DNA of 64,000 bases, taken from the NCBI GenBank assembly GCA_017409875.1, contig JAFQRW010000008.1, positions 38,920-102,919 of the forward strand. Direction: 5' to 3'. How positions within the stretch are numbered: position 1 is the first letter of the stretch; every line of letters starts with the position of its first letter. The notes under the pieces are model-generated. The model was not told where the DNA came from and searched no databases. It was given only the letters and a program-made list of their open reading frames with translations. Position numbers and translations under genes: made by a program. This DNA comes from Clostridia bacterium. Its GTDB lineage: Bacteria > Bacillota > Clostridia > RGIG6154. This document shows positions 9,998 to 19,548 of the stretch, piece after piece.

Positions 9998-10498
9998 ATG
10001 AAATTCTTGTTGCCAAGATTTATGTTTGATAAAATTGAAGATATTCCGCTTTGCACTATGAAAAAACTTGGGGTAAAGGCTGCGATTTTGGACATTGATA
10101 ATACTTTGGTAGAGCCACATACTCCCGTTGCTGACAAAAGAGCAGAGGGTTTTGTTAAAAAACTTGAAAATAGCGGCATTTTGGTATGTATTGTTTCAAA
10201 TAATATATATGAGCGTGCAAAAAAATTTGCTGATTCTTTATCAGTACCTTTTGTTTGCGACAAAAACAAACCAAATAAAAAACCTTTTTTAATGGCTCTT
10301 GATATTCTAAAAGTTGAGGCTAAAGATGTTATGGTAATAGGCGACCAGCTTTTAACCGACGTGTGGGGTGCTAACAGAATGGGAATGATACCTGTTTTGG
10401 TAAAGCCTGTGTGTGACAAAGAGGGCAGATTTGTTAAATTTAAAAGAATAATAGAACGAAGAGTTTTAAAAGGTTTTGAAGGTGAAAAAATTGACTGA
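9998..10498 (+). CDS. yqeG: YqeG-family HAD-IIIA phosphatase
   Basis: DIDNTL motif I, SNN motif II and K...GDQLLTD motif III/IV. Conserved yqeG-aroE synteny. Confidence 0.75.
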   Translation: MKFLLPRFMFDKIEDIPLCTMKKLGVKAAILDIDNTLVEPHTPVADKRAEGFVKKLENSGILVCIVSNNIYERAKKFADSLSVPFVCDKNKPNKKPFLMALDILKVEAKDVMVIGDQLLTDVWGANRMGMIPVLVKPVCDKEGRFVKFKRIIERRVLKGFEGEKID

Positions 10499-11312
10499 AA
10501 AATACTTTGTGACAGGCCATCCCGTAGCTCACTCGCTTTCTCCTGTAATTCACGGTGTGTTTTTTGAACATTTTAATATTGGCGAGCGATACACGATAAA
10601 GGATATTCTTCCCTGCGAATTCAAAAGTAAAATGGCAGAGTTTAGAAAGAGCGAAGTAAAAGGCTTTAACGTTACCATACCTCATAAAATTTCAGCTTAT
10701 GAATCAGCAGATGTTTTAGAGCCTTTTGCACAAAAAGTCGGCGCGGTAAACACTGTAAAAATTGAAAATAAAAAGCTGTACGGGTTTAATACAGACGGTG
10801 TCGGATTTATTAAAGCAATAGAAAAATGCGGTGTTTGTGTAAAAGGTAAAACTGTGTGTATAATAGGTGCAGGAGGAGCAGTAAATTCAATAGCTGTAAA
10901 ACTAAATTTGGAAGGCGCTGAAAAGATTATTATACTTGCCAGAAGAAAAGAGCAGGCGCAAGCACTTTGCCAAAAGCACGGATTTGGAATTGCAGATTGT
11001 ATAGATAATTTTGAAAAGTATAGCTATGATATTTTAGTAAATGCTACTCCGGTGGGAATGCACCCAAATGAAGGGGTAAGCCCGATTAAAAGCATTAAAA
11101 ACTGTGAGCTTGTTTATGATTTGATATACAATCCCGCAAAAACGGAATTTTTAAAAATGGCAGAGCAAAAAAATATTGCGTTTGATAACGGACTCTGGAT
11201 GCTTGTACTTCAGGCGGCTGCGGCATTTGAAATCTGGACAGGGTTTATGCCTGATGATGCTGCTTTAAATAAAGCATATAAAAAAGTTCTGGCTGCTTTG
11301 GAGGAAAAATAA
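10476..11312 (+). CDS. aroE: Shikimate 5-dehydrogenase
   Basis: GHPVAHSLSP, NVTIPHK and GAGGA NADP-binding motifs. The true start may be TTG 10491; it overlaps the yqeG stop. Confidence 0.8.
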   Translation: MKVKKLTEKYFVTGHPVAHSLSPVIHGVFFEHFNIGERYTIKDILPCEFKSKMAEFRKSEVKGFNVTIPHKISAYESADVLEPFAQKVGAVNTVKIENKKLYGFNTDGVGFIKAIEKCGVCVKGKTVCIIGAGGAVNSIAVKLNLEGAEKIIILARRKEQAQALCQKHGFGIADCIDNFEKYSYDILVNATPVGMHPNEGVSPIKSIKNCELVYDLIYNPAKTEFLKMAEQKNIAFDNGLWMLVLQAAAAFEIWTGFMPDDAALNKAYKKVLAALEEK

Positions 11313-11313
11313 G

Positions 11314-11811
11314 ATGAATATTGTGTTCACAGGGTTTATGGGTGTTGGAAAAACTACTGTAGGAAGACAAGTCGCAAAAAAACTTGGACTTGAATTTTAT
11401 GATACCGATTCAGAAATTGAAAATTTTTGCAATATGACAATTCCTGAGATTTTTGAAAAATTCGGCGAAAAAAAATTCAGGGAAATTGAAACACAAATTG
11501 TTGAAAAAATCTCTCAAAAAGATGGCGTGGTTATCTCATGCGGAGGCGGAGTTGTAAAATCTGAAACAAATATGAATTTGCTTAAGAAAAACGGGAAAAT
11601 TGTTAATTTATATGCTGATGTAGATAAAATTTTGAAAAATATCGGTACAGATGTTAACAGACCTCTTTTGAAAGGCAAAGATAAGCAGGAAATTATTGAT
11701 ATAATGGCTGAGCGAGAAAAGTTTTATCAAAACTGTGATATAAGAATTGATGTTACAAACTTGTCAAAGGAAGATGCAGCGCAAGCGGTAATAAATAAAG
11801 TTAAAATTTAA
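11314..11811 (+). CDS. aroK: Shikimate kinase
   Basis: Walker A GFMGVGKTTVGR. Size 165 aa. Confidence 0.85.
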   Translation: MNIVFTGFMGVGKTTVGRQVAKKLGLEFYDTDSEIENFCNMTIPEIFEKFGEKKFREIETQIVEKISQKDGVVISCGGGVVKSETNMNLLKKNGKIVNLYADVDKILKNIGTDVNRPLLKGKDKQEIIDIMAEREKFYQNCDIRIDVTNLSKEDAAQAVINKVKI

Positions 11812-11826
11812 GGAACGGGGAAGTTT

Positions 11827-12684
11827 ATGATAAGATTCGGCCCGTCGGGAAATCCTGACAAATTTTATGAAGACGGAAATAAAGCAAGTACTCAAATGCC
11901 CTCATGGATAAAATCAGAGGGGCTTGATGCTTACGAATATCAATGCAGCAAGGGAGTTAAAATCTCGGAAGCTACTGCAAAAACTTTAGGCGATGAGGCA
12001 GACAAAAATGGCATTTATTTAAGTGTTCACGCGCCCTACTATATAAGTCTTTCTTCGGTGGAACAGGAAAAAAGACTTAAAAGTGTGGACTACATTTTAA
12101 AAACCATGGAAGCTGCCAAATTTATGGGAGCAAAAAGAATTGTTGTGCACTCAGGGTCTTGCAGTAAAATGTCAAGACAAGAGGCTTTAGCACTTGCGTG
12201 CGATACTCTTAAAATTGCAAATTCAGAAATTAAAAATGCAGGGTTTGAAGAAATTTCGCTTTGCCCTGAAACTATGGGGAAAATTAATCAGCTTGGCACA
12301 GTAGAAGAAGTAATAAATATGTGCAAAATTTCTGAAAATTTTGTTCCTTGCATTGATTTTGGACATGTTAATGCCAGAGAAATGGGAAGTCTTAAGGAAT
12401 ATAAAGATTTTGAAAGAATAGTTAATTTGATTGAAAATGAACTCGGCTTAGACAGGGCAAAAAGATTTCATGTTCATTTTACAAGAATTGAGTTTACCAC
12501 AGGGGGCGAAAAAAAGCATATTCCATACGATGATGAATCATTTGGCCCGTGCTTTGATCCATTTGCAGAATTGATTGTAAAAAAAGGCCTTGAGCCTGTT
12601 GTTATATGTGAATCACCGGGAATGCAGGCAAAAGACGCACTTGCTTACAAAAGAATATATGAAAATATAAAAGAGAGGATATAA
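11827..12684 (+). CDS. Xylose-isomerase-like TIM-barrel protein (sugar-phosphate isomerase/epimerase / AP-endonuclease-2 fold) embedded in the aro operon
   Basis: Size 285 aa. His/Glu/Asp metal-ligand pattern (SVHAPYY, VVHSGSC, CPETMG, IDFGHVN) typical of the fold. Precise function not assignable. Confidence 0.55.
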   Translation: MIRFGPSGNPDKFYEDGNKASTQMPSWIKSEGLDAYEYQCSKGVKISEATAKTLGDEADKNGIYLSVHAPYYISLSSVEQEKRLKSVDYILKTMEAAKFMGAKRIVVHSGSCSKMSRQEALALACDTLKIANSEIKNAGFEEISLCPETMGKINQLGTVEEVINMCKISENFVPCIDFGHVNAREMGSLKEYKDFERIVNLIENELGLDRAKRFHVHFTRIEFTTGGEKKHIPYDDESFGPCFDPFAELIVKKGLEPVVICESPGMQAKDALAYKRIYENIKERI

Positions 12685-12686
12685 GT

Positions 12687-13112
12687 ATGAAGGTTCTTAT
12701 TTTAAACGGCGTTAACCTTAATATGACGGGTATACGTGAAAAAGGATTTTACGGAAGCCTTACACTTGATGAGATTAACGAAAAAATTAAGACAGAATGC
12801 GAAAAAAAGGGGATAGAATGTGATTTCTATCAGTCAAACCACGAAGGCGACATTGTGGATAAATTGCATGAAGCAAGAACGGCATACGATGGTGTGGTTT
12901 TAAATGCAGGAGCGTTTACGCATTATTCTTATGCAATCCATGACGCAATTTCTGCGTGTGAGATTCCTGTTGTGGAAGTTCATATGTCAAATGTGCATAA
13001 AAGAGAGGAATTCCGCCATAAATCTGTGCTTTCGGATGTGTGTAAGGGTGTAATTGCAGGATTTGGATATAAAAGTTACATTTTAGGTGCGGAGGCACTT
13101 TTGAATGATTAA
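12687..13112 (+). CDS. aroQ: 3-dehydroquinate dehydratase, type II
   Basis: MKVLILNGVNLN...HMSNVHKREEFRH signature of type II DHQase. Confidence 0.85.
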   Translation: MKVLILNGVNLNMTGIREKGFYGSLTLDEINEKIKTECEKKGIECDFYQSNHEGDIVDKLHEARTAYDGVVLNAGAFTHYSYAIHDAISACEIPVVEVHMSNVHKREEFRHKSVLSDVCKGVIAGFGYKSYILGAEALLND

Positions 13113-14139
13113 AAACAGAGTCTTACATTTGTTGTCAGACATGCCTGAAAAAAGTGCCATATACCTTACTGACCCGACCGATATGTACTATTACTCAGGA
13201 TTTGACGGTGAAGGTGCAGTTGTTATAGCTGAAAATAAAAAACTCATTATAACTGACGGAAGATACACTGAATCAGCATTAAAAAAATGTGCAGAATTTG
13301 AAGTTTTGCCAATTTCTGATTTATATAAAGTCTTAAATGAACTTAATATGCCTATAATAGTGCAGTCTGACAGCTTAAGTTACAGCGAGTTTATAAGGCT
13401 TGAAAAAGAAGGAATTGAGGTTAAGGCAAAAGGTGGCTTTGACTTGTTAAGGGCAGTAAAGTGCGACGAGGAAATTAAGCATTTGAAAAAGGCTGCAGAA
13501 ATTGCAGAGCAAGTGTTTGAAGAAGTGCTTTTGTTTATAAAGCAAGGCAAAACCGAGAAAGAGACTGCAGCATTTATAGATTATCAGATGCGCGTTAAAG
13601 GGGCTGAAAAAAGTTCTTTTGAAACTATTTGTGTGTCAGGCAAAAATACATCGCTTCCGCATGGAGTGCCTACAGATAAAAAATTTAAAAACGGAGAGTT
13701 TATTACATTGGATTTTGGATGCAAAGTCAATGGGTATTGCTCGGATATGACCAGAACTGTTGCTTTGGGCAGTGTAACCGATGAGATGGCAAATGTTTAT
13801 GATGTTGTTTTAAAGGCGCATCAAAAGGCAGTAGGTGCAATAAATCCGGGAGCAATTTGCAAAGAGATTGACAAAATTGCAAGAGATTACATTAAACAAA
13901 ATGGATATGGAGAATATTTTGTGCACAGCTTAGGACACGGGGTAGGGCTTAAAATTCACGAAAATCCTGTTTTAAGTCCAAAATCACAGGAAGTATTAAA
14001 AGAAGGCAATGTTGTAACGGTAGAACCAGGAATATATATGCCTGATAAATTTGGCGTAAGGATTGAAAATACTGTGCTGGTAACACAAAAGAGCGCTCAA
14101 AGTTTGCAAAAAAGTTCCAAAGAATTGATAATATTATGA
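13105..14139 (+). CDS. M24-family Xaa-Pro aminopeptidase/dipeptidase
   Basis: Metal-ligand motifs DFGC..NGYCSDMTRT, HSLGHGVGLKIHE and VEPGIY. Confidence 0.8.
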   Translation: MIKNRVLHLLSDMPEKSAIYLTDPTDMYYYSGFDGEGAVVIAENKKLIITDGRYTESALKKCAEFEVLPISDLYKVLNELNMPIIVQSDSLSYSEFIRLEKEGIEVKAKGGFDLLRAVKCDEEIKHLKKAAEIAEQVFEEVLLFIKQGKTEKETAAFIDYQMRVKGAEKSSFETICVSGKNTSLPHGVPTDKKFKNGEFITLDFGCKVNGYCSDMTRTVALGSVTDEMANVYDVVLKAHQKAVGAINPGAICKEIDKIARDYIKQNGYGEYFVHSLGHGVGLKIHENPVLSPKSQEVLKEGNVVTVEPGIYMPDKFGVRIENTVLVTQKSAQSLQKSSKELIIL

Positions 14140-14146
14140 AAAACAC

Positions 14147-14175
14147 TTGAAATTATTGTAAAATTAGTATAAAAT
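14147..14175 (+). promoter_or_regulatory. Sigma-A-type promoter upstream of efp
   Basis: TTGAAA, 17-nt spacer, TAAAAT. Confidence 0.45.
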
Positions 14176-14205
14176 AGATAAAAGAATAAATTGGAGGTTT
14201 TATTT

Positions 14206-14763
14206 ATGATTTCAGCAGGAGATTTTAGAAACGGTGTTACATTTGAAATGGAAGGAAATGTTTTTCAGATAGTTGAATTCCAACATGTTAAGCCTGGTAA
14301 AGGTGCAGCTTTTGTAAGAACAAAGCTTAAAAACGTTATCACAGGCGGCGTTGTTGAAAAAACATTCAGACCTACAGAAAAACTTGAAAAAGCTCATATC
14401 GAAAGAAAAGATATGCAGTATTCATACACAGATGGTGAACTTTATTACTTTATGGATCAGGAAACATTTGATATGATTCCAATTAATGCTGACCAGGTTG
14501 GTGACACCCTTAAATTTGTTAAAGAAGAAATGATTTGCAAAATTTTGTCATACAAAGGCAATATTTTTGGCATTGAACCGCCTACATTTGTTGAACTTTT
14601 AGTTACAGAAACAGAGCCGGGCATCAAAGGTGATACAGCAACAGGCGCAACAAAGCCTGCAACACTTGAAACAGGCGCTCAGATTATGGTTCCGCTGTTT
14701 ATTGACAACAACGAAATGATCAGAGTTGATACAAGAACCGGCGAATATATGGAAAGAGCATAA
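14206..14763 (+). CDS. efp: Elongation factor P
   Basis: [14 protein letters not shown]...[22 protein letters not shown] 8 nt upstream of ATG 14206; the ORF-track TTG extension was rejected. Confidence 0.9.
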   Translation: MISAGDFRNGVTFEMEGNVFQIVEFQHVKPGKGAAFVRTKLKNVITGGVVEKTFRPTEKLEKAHIERKDMQYSYTDGELYYFMDQETFDMIPINADQVGDTLKFVKEEMICKILSYKGNIFGIEPPTFVELLVTETEPGIKGDTATGATKPATLETGAQIMVPLFIDNNEMIRVDTRTGEYMERA

Positions 14764-14808
14764 TTTAAAGCCGATGTTTTAATAATAGACTAAAAGGAGA
14801 ATAGAATT

Positions 14809-15246
14809 ATGGGAACATTAAAAGAAAGAGCATCTTATTTAGAAGGTTTGGCAGAAGGTTTGGAATTGGAAGCTTCAAAAGAAAGCAAACTGATTTTAAA
14901 GCTTTTGGAAGTAATTGACGAAATGGCTGAAAGAATTGACGATTTGGAAGCATACATTGAAGAACTTGATGCTAAAATTGATGAAATTGACCATGACCTC
15001 GGAGATTTAGAAGAAGAGTATTATGACGATTGCGATTGTGATTGCGATGATGACGATTGCGATTGCTGTGACTGTGACGATGATGATGTTTACGAATTTG
15101 AGTGCGATAAGTGCGGAGAAACAATTTTCGTAGATGGCAGCCTTTTGGACGAAGATGAAGAAATCCTTTGCCCTAACTGCGGAGAAGAAATTTCTTTAGA
15201 ATTTGATGACCGCGATTGTGGTTGCTGCGATCACGATTGCGAATAA
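14809..15246 (+). CDS. Highly acidic Asp/Cys-repeat protein with embedded zinc-ribbon (CxxC...CxxC)
   Basis: N-terminal helical/acidic region, a (DC)n low-complexity block, CDKCGETIF...CPNCGEEI and a C-terminal DCGCCDHDCE. AAAGGAG SD. Occupies the position of yqhV after efp in the conserved Bacillus-like synteny. Confidence 0.6.
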   Translation: MGTLKERASYLEGLAEGLELEASKESKLILKLLEVIDEMAERIDDLEAYIEELDAKIDEIDHDLGDLEEEYYDDCDCDCDDDDCDCCDCDDDDVYEFECDKCGETIFVDGSLLDEDEEILCPNCGEEISLEFDDRDCGCCDHDCE

Positions 15247-15259
15247 TTAAAAGAGCGTA

Positions 15260-15316
15260 AAAGCCATCCTTAGCCGAAACCAATAGGCAAACCGGCATAA
15301 GGATGGCTTTTTTTGT
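15260..15316 (+). terminator. Rho-independent terminator (long structured loop) after the efp unit
   Basis: aaagccatcctta ... taaggatggcttt stem followed by a T6 tract. Confidence 0.75.
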
Positions 15317-15432
15317 TGCCTTAAACAGGAAAATTCTTTGGAAAATTTTTGATTTTAGAGGTAATATCTGCAAAAAACGGAAAAATTCTTCTGTATTTTT
15401 CTTTGTTTTGTTGACTTTTTTTGGTTTTGCTA

Positions 15433-15461
15433 TTGACTTTAGTATAAAAGTAGTGTAAAAT
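15433..15461 (+). promoter_or_regulatory. Sigma-A-type promoter of the HAD-GRE-activase-pduUV unit
   Basis: TTGACT, 17-nt spacer, TAAAAT. Confidence 0.45.
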
Positions 15462-15490
15462 ATAGTTGTATTAATATCGAGGTATTTTAT

Positions 15491-16228
15491 ATGAAGCTTA
15501 TAGCAAGTGATTTAGACGGAACTCTTTTGTTAAAGGGTGAGAAAAAATTAAATAGCAGAATTTTAAAGTCATTAGAAATGCTTAAAGCTTCTGAAATTGA
15601 CTTTTCGGTAGCTTCAGGCAGAACCTACGGCGAGCTTTTAAGAATTTTTGACGGACTCTGTCAAAATACATATTTTATTGCACTTGACGGTGCTCTGGTT
15701 GTGAAAGACGGAAAAAGCTTGTACGGAAGTCCATTTTCAAAAGAAGACCTTAAAATTATAAATGACTTCCCTGAGTTTGTGCTTCATGGCAAATATATGA
15801 CTTATGTTAAATCTGATTACCCATATTTTATAAGGAAGATAAAAGGGCAGTATAACGGTCATGCAGTTAGAATTTCAGATGTTTCTGAGATTAAAGATTG
15901 CACCTTTAAACTGGTTTTATATAAAAACTTCAGAACGCTTAAAAAACTTCCTTTTGATATGGTTTACAAAGACAATACACTTTGTGAATTTGTAAAAGAA
16001 GGTATAAATAAAGGAATTGCACTTAAAAAGCTTATGAATGGCATCGGAGCAGAGCCCGATGATTGTGCAGCGTTTGGCGACAGTGAAAATGATGTAGAAT
16101 TTTTGAAAAGCTGCACAAACAGCTATGCGGTAAAAAATTCAAAGCATGAGATAAGAAAAATTTGTAAGTATTACACAGACGATATAGCGCAGGCTATTGA
16201 GTCAATAATAAAGGAGGCGGCAAAATGA
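15491..16228 (+). CDS. Cof-type HAD-IIB sugar-phosphatase-like hydrolase
   Basis: DLDGTLL motif I, SGR motif II and K...GDSENDVEF motif III/IV with a cap domain. Its stop overlaps the GRE start (ATGA). Confidence 0.75.
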   Translation: MKLIASDLDGTLLLKGEKKLNSRILKSLEMLKASEIDFSVASGRTYGELLRIFDGLCQNTYFIALDGALVVKDGKSLYGSPFSKEDLKIINDFPEFVLHGKYMTYVKSDYPYFIRKIKGQYNGHAVRISDVSEIKDCTFKLVLYKNFRTLKKLPFDMVYKDNTLCEFVKEGINKGIALKKLMNGIGAEPDDCAAFGDSENDVEFLKSCTNSYAVKNSKHEIRKICKYYTDDIAQAIESIIKEAAK

Positions 16229-18756
16229 AAAGATTTGATTTTGATGGGATTGCAAAAAGCCCAAGAATTGACCGTTTGATTAATAATTTGTTCAATAAAG
16301 CGCCTGAAATTGAGGCAGACCGCGCGGTGCTTCTCACAGAGGCGTATAAAGCAACAGAGGGAGAGCCTATAATTTTAAGACGTGCCAAAGCGTTTAAAAA
16401 TATCTGTGAAAAACTTCCCGTTACCATTCGTGACGAGGAACTGGTTGTTGGTGCAGCTACAAAGAGTTCAAGAAGCTGTCAGGTATTTCCTGAATATTCT
16501 TTTGAATGGCTTGAAAAAGAATTTGACACCATAGAGGCACGCTCGGCTGACCCATTTTATATTTCAGAGGAAACAAAGAAAGAGCTAAGAGAGGTTTATA
16601 AGTACTGGAAAGGGAAAACCTCAAGTGATTTGGCAACATCTTATATGGCGCCATCTGCACTTAAAGCAATCGAACATAATGTTTTCACACCCGGAAACTA
16701 CTTTTATAATGGTGTTGGTCACGTTACCGTTGATTATAAAAAAGTTTTGGAAATCGGCTATAAAGGCATTATGAATGAGGCTAAAAAAGAGCTTGCTTTA
16801 TGCGATATTTCAGATGCAGATTTTGCTGCTAAAAGTTCATTTTTAGAGGCAGTTATTATAAGCTGTGAGGCTGCAATTATTTTTGCAAAAAGATATTCAG
16901 AGCTTGCTTATAAAATGGCAAACGAGTGTGCTGACAGCACAAGAAAGCAAGAACTTTTAAAGATTTCGGAAAACTGTGCAAATGTTCCGGAAAACGGCGC
17001 TAAAACATTTTATGAGGCTTGTCAGTCGTTCTGGTTTGTTCAGCTTCTGGTGCAGACAGAATCAAGCGGACATTCAATTTCACCGGGAAGATTTGACCAG
17101 TATATGTATCCGTATTACAAAAAAGATATGGATGCAGGTAATATCACAAAAGAGTTTGCGCAAGAGCTTATTGACTGCTTATGGGTTAAGCTCAATGACT
17201 TTACAAAAGTAAGAGATTTGGCGTCGGCAGAAGGTTTTGCAGGATATAGCTTGTTCCAGAACTTGATTGCAGGAGGTCAGACTCCTGATGGCAGAGACGC
17301 AACAAACGACCTTTCATTTATGACAATCGAAGCTAATATGCACGTGCTTTTGCCTCAACCATCATTTTCAGTAAGAGTTTGGAATGGTACTCCGCACGAA
17401 TTTATGATAAAAGCAGCAGAACTTACCAGAACAGGCGTAGGTCTTCCTGCATATTACAATGACGAGGTTATTATTCCGGCACTTGTAAATCGCGGTCTTA
17501 CTTTAGAAGATGCAAGAAATTATAACATTATCGGATGTGTAGAACCACAATGTTCCGGAAAAACAGATGGTTGGCATGATGCTGCATTCTTTAATATGTG
17601 CAGAATTGTTGAACTTGTTTTCTCTAATGGTATGGATGGCGGAGAAAGAATAAGTGTTGAAACAGGCAATGTTGAAGATTTTAAAACATTCGAAGAATTT
17701 TTTGATGCATATAAAGCTCATATGGAATATATGATTAAGCTTATGGTTAATGCCGATAATGCTATTGATATGGCACATGCACTTCGTTGCCCGCTTCCTT
17801 ATCTTTCGTCAATGGTTGATGATTGTATCAAGAGAGGAAAGTCAGTCCAAGAGGGTGGCGCTGTTTATAACTTTACAGGCCCGCAAGGATTCGGTATTGC
17901 AAATATGGCAGACGGCCTTTATGCAATTAAAAAGCTTGTGTTTGATGAAAAGAAAATTACTTTGGCTGAATTTAAAGAAGCATTAAAAGATAACTACGGA
18001 AGAAGCGTTGACGATAAACAGGCTACAGCAATAACAACAGAAATTGTAAGACAGATTGTAGCGGCAGGCCAGGCGGTTTCTGAAGAAAAAATTGCAGAGA
18101 TTTATAAAATGGTTGCACAAAGCGGCGGAGTAAGCGAACAAAAGAAAGCTAAATACGATAAGCTTTTGGAAATGATTGATGCGCTCCCTAAATTTGGTAA
18201 TGACAATAGTGAGGTAGACGCTTTAGCAAGAGAAGTTGCGTATACATATACAAAACCTTTAGAGCAGTATAAAAACCCAAGAGGAGGAAGTTATCAGGCA
18301 GGACTTTACCCGGTATCGGCTAATGTTCCGCTTGGTGCGCAAACCGGCGCAACTCCCGATGGCAGACTTGCATATACTCCTGTGGCAGACGGTGTATCGC
18401 CTTGTGCAGGAAGAGACGTTAACGGTCCTACTGCTGCGGCAAACTCAGTTTCAAAATTAGATCACTTTATTGCATCTAACGGAACACTGTTTAATATGAA
18501 GTTCCATCCGTCAGCATTAAAAGGAAGAGCAGGTTTAGAGAGCTTTGTTTCATTAATAAGAGCATATTTTGACCAGAAGGGAAGTCACATGCAGTTTAAC
18601 GTTGTAAGCCGTGAAACACTGCGTGACGCACAGAAAAATCCTGAAAATTATAAGAGCTTGGTTGTACGTGTTGCGGGTTATTCTGCTCTCTTTACAACAC
18701 TTTCAAAATCACTTCAGGACGACATTATCAACAGAACCGAGCAGGGTGGATTTTAA
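16225..18756 (+). CDS. Glycyl radical enzyme (PFL-like diol-dehydratase / C-X lyase family; 1,2-propanediol dehydratase-like)
   Basis: Size 843 aa. Glycyl-radical motif RVAGYSALF near the C-terminus and a thiyl-radical Cys loop GCVEPQCSGKTDGW (Cys-x-Glu). Confidence 0.9.
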   Translation: MKRFDFDGIAKSPRIDRLINNLFNKAPEIEADRAVLLTEAYKATEGEPIILRRAKAFKNICEKLPVTIRDEELVVGAATKSSRSCQVFPEYSFEWLEKEFDTIEARSADPFYISEETKKELREVYKYWKGKTSSDLATSYMAPSALKAIEHNVFTPGNYFYNGVGHVTVDYKKVLEIGYKGIMNEAKKELALCDISDADFAAKSSFLEAVIISCEAAIIFAKRYSELAYKMANECADSTRKQELLKISENCANVPENGAKTFYEACQSFWFVQLLVQTESSGHSISPGRFDQYMYPYYKKDMDAGNITKEFAQELIDCLWVKLNDFTKVRDLASAEGFAGYSLFQNLIAGGQTPDGRDATNDLSFMTIEANMHVLLPQPSFSVRVWNGTPHEFMIKAAELTRTGVGLPAYYNDEVIIPALVNRGLTLEDARNYNIIGCVEPQCSGKTDGWHDAAFFNMCRIVELVFSNGMDGGERISVETGNVEDFKTFEEFFDAYKAHMEYMIKLMVNADNAIDMAHALRCPLPYLSSMVDDCIKRGKSVQEGGAVYNFTGPQGFGIANMADGLYAIKKLVFDEKKITLAEFKEALKDNYGRSVDDKQATAITTEIVRQIVAAGQAVSEEKIAEIYKMVAQSGGVSEQKKAKYDKLLEMIDALPKFGNDNSEVDALAREVAYTYTKPLEQYKNPRGGSYQAGLYPVSANVPLGAQTGATPDGRLAYTPVADGVSPCAGRDVNGPTAAANSVSKLDHFIASNGTLFNMKFHPSALKGRAGLESFVSLIRAYFDQKGSHMQFNVVSRETLRDAQKNPENYKSLVVRVAGYSALFTTLSKSLQDDIINRTEQGGF

Positions 18757-19547
18757 TGGATAAAGATTTTTACAATGTAAGGGGACGGATATTTGACATT
18801 CAGAAATTTTCAGTCCACGATGGTCCCGGAATAAGAAGCATTGTGTTTTTGAAAGGCTGTGCGCTTCGGTGTAAATGGTGTTGCAATCCGGAGTCGCAAA
18901 GCTATGATATCCAGCAAATGAATATGGACGGCAAAATCAAAACCGTAGGACGTGATGTTACGGTGGCGGAAGTAATAGAAGAAGTGTTAAAAGACTTCCC
19001 TTACTTCAGACGTTCCGGCGGTGGCATAACACTTTCTGGTGGAGAATGCCTTTTGCAACCTGACTTTTCAGTAGCACTTTTGCAGGCTGCCAAATACAAC
19101 GGCATTTCAACTGCCATTGAGTCTACAGGATTTGCAAAGTACGAAGTAATTGAAAGATTGCTTCCTTACTTGGATGTCTACCTTATGGATATTAAGCATA
19201 TGAATAGCCAAAAGCACAGACTTTTTACAAGCCAGCCTAATGAACGCATTTTGGAAAATGCGAAAAAAATTGCTGAAAATGCAAAGAGGCTGATTATAAG
19301 AGTTCCGGTAATTCCTACATTTAATGATACAGTGGAAGAAATAACAGACATAGCAAAATTCGCAAAAAGTCTTAAAAATGTTACTGAAATACATCTTTTG
19401 CCGTATCATAAGTTTGGAACAGACAAATACAGGTGGCTTGGAAGAGAGTATGAACTTGAAGATATCAAAACTCCAAGTGAACAAAAAATGCAAGAGATTT
19501 TAAAGGCAGCAGAGTCTGTAGGCTTAAATGCTCAGATTGGAGGGTAA
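18756..19547 (+). CDS. Glycyl-radical-enzyme activating enzyme (radical SAM)
   Basis: CALRCKWCCNPES radical-SAM cluster motif and GG.TLSGGE. TAATG overlap with the GRE stop. Confidence 0.9.
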   Translation: MDKDFYNVRGRIFDIQKFSVHDGPGIRSIVFLKGCALRCKWCCNPESQSYDIQQMNMDGKIKTVGRDVTVAEVIEEVLKDFPYFRRSGGGITLSGGECLLQPDFSVALLQAAKYNGISTAIESTGFAKYEVIERLLPYLDVYLMDIKHMNSQKHRLFTSQPNERILENAKKIAENAKRLIIRVPVIPTFNDTVEEITDIAKFAKSLKNVTEIHLLPYHKFGTDKYRWLGREYELEDIKTPSEQKMQEILKAAESVGLNAQIGG

Positions 19548-19548
19548 T

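Noticed and set aside
9914-10120. ORF-track N-terminal extension of the hypothetical gene (to 10120) overlapping yqeG
   Set aside because: An internal ATG at 9913 has an AGGAG SD. The extension would overlap the divergent promoter and yqeG start.
14191-14205. TTG-initiated extension of efp and similar upstream extensions of iorB (5199), acyl-CoA ligase (1823), rbr (37576), murI (39454), rpsB and tsf
   Set aside because: In each case a downstream ATG with a canonical SD gives the conserved family N-terminus.
15025-15090. Short tandem GATTGC/GATTGT repeats - considered as a possible CRISPR/repeat array
   Set aside because: Period is 6 nt, in-frame and coding (Asp-Cys repeats). No spacers.
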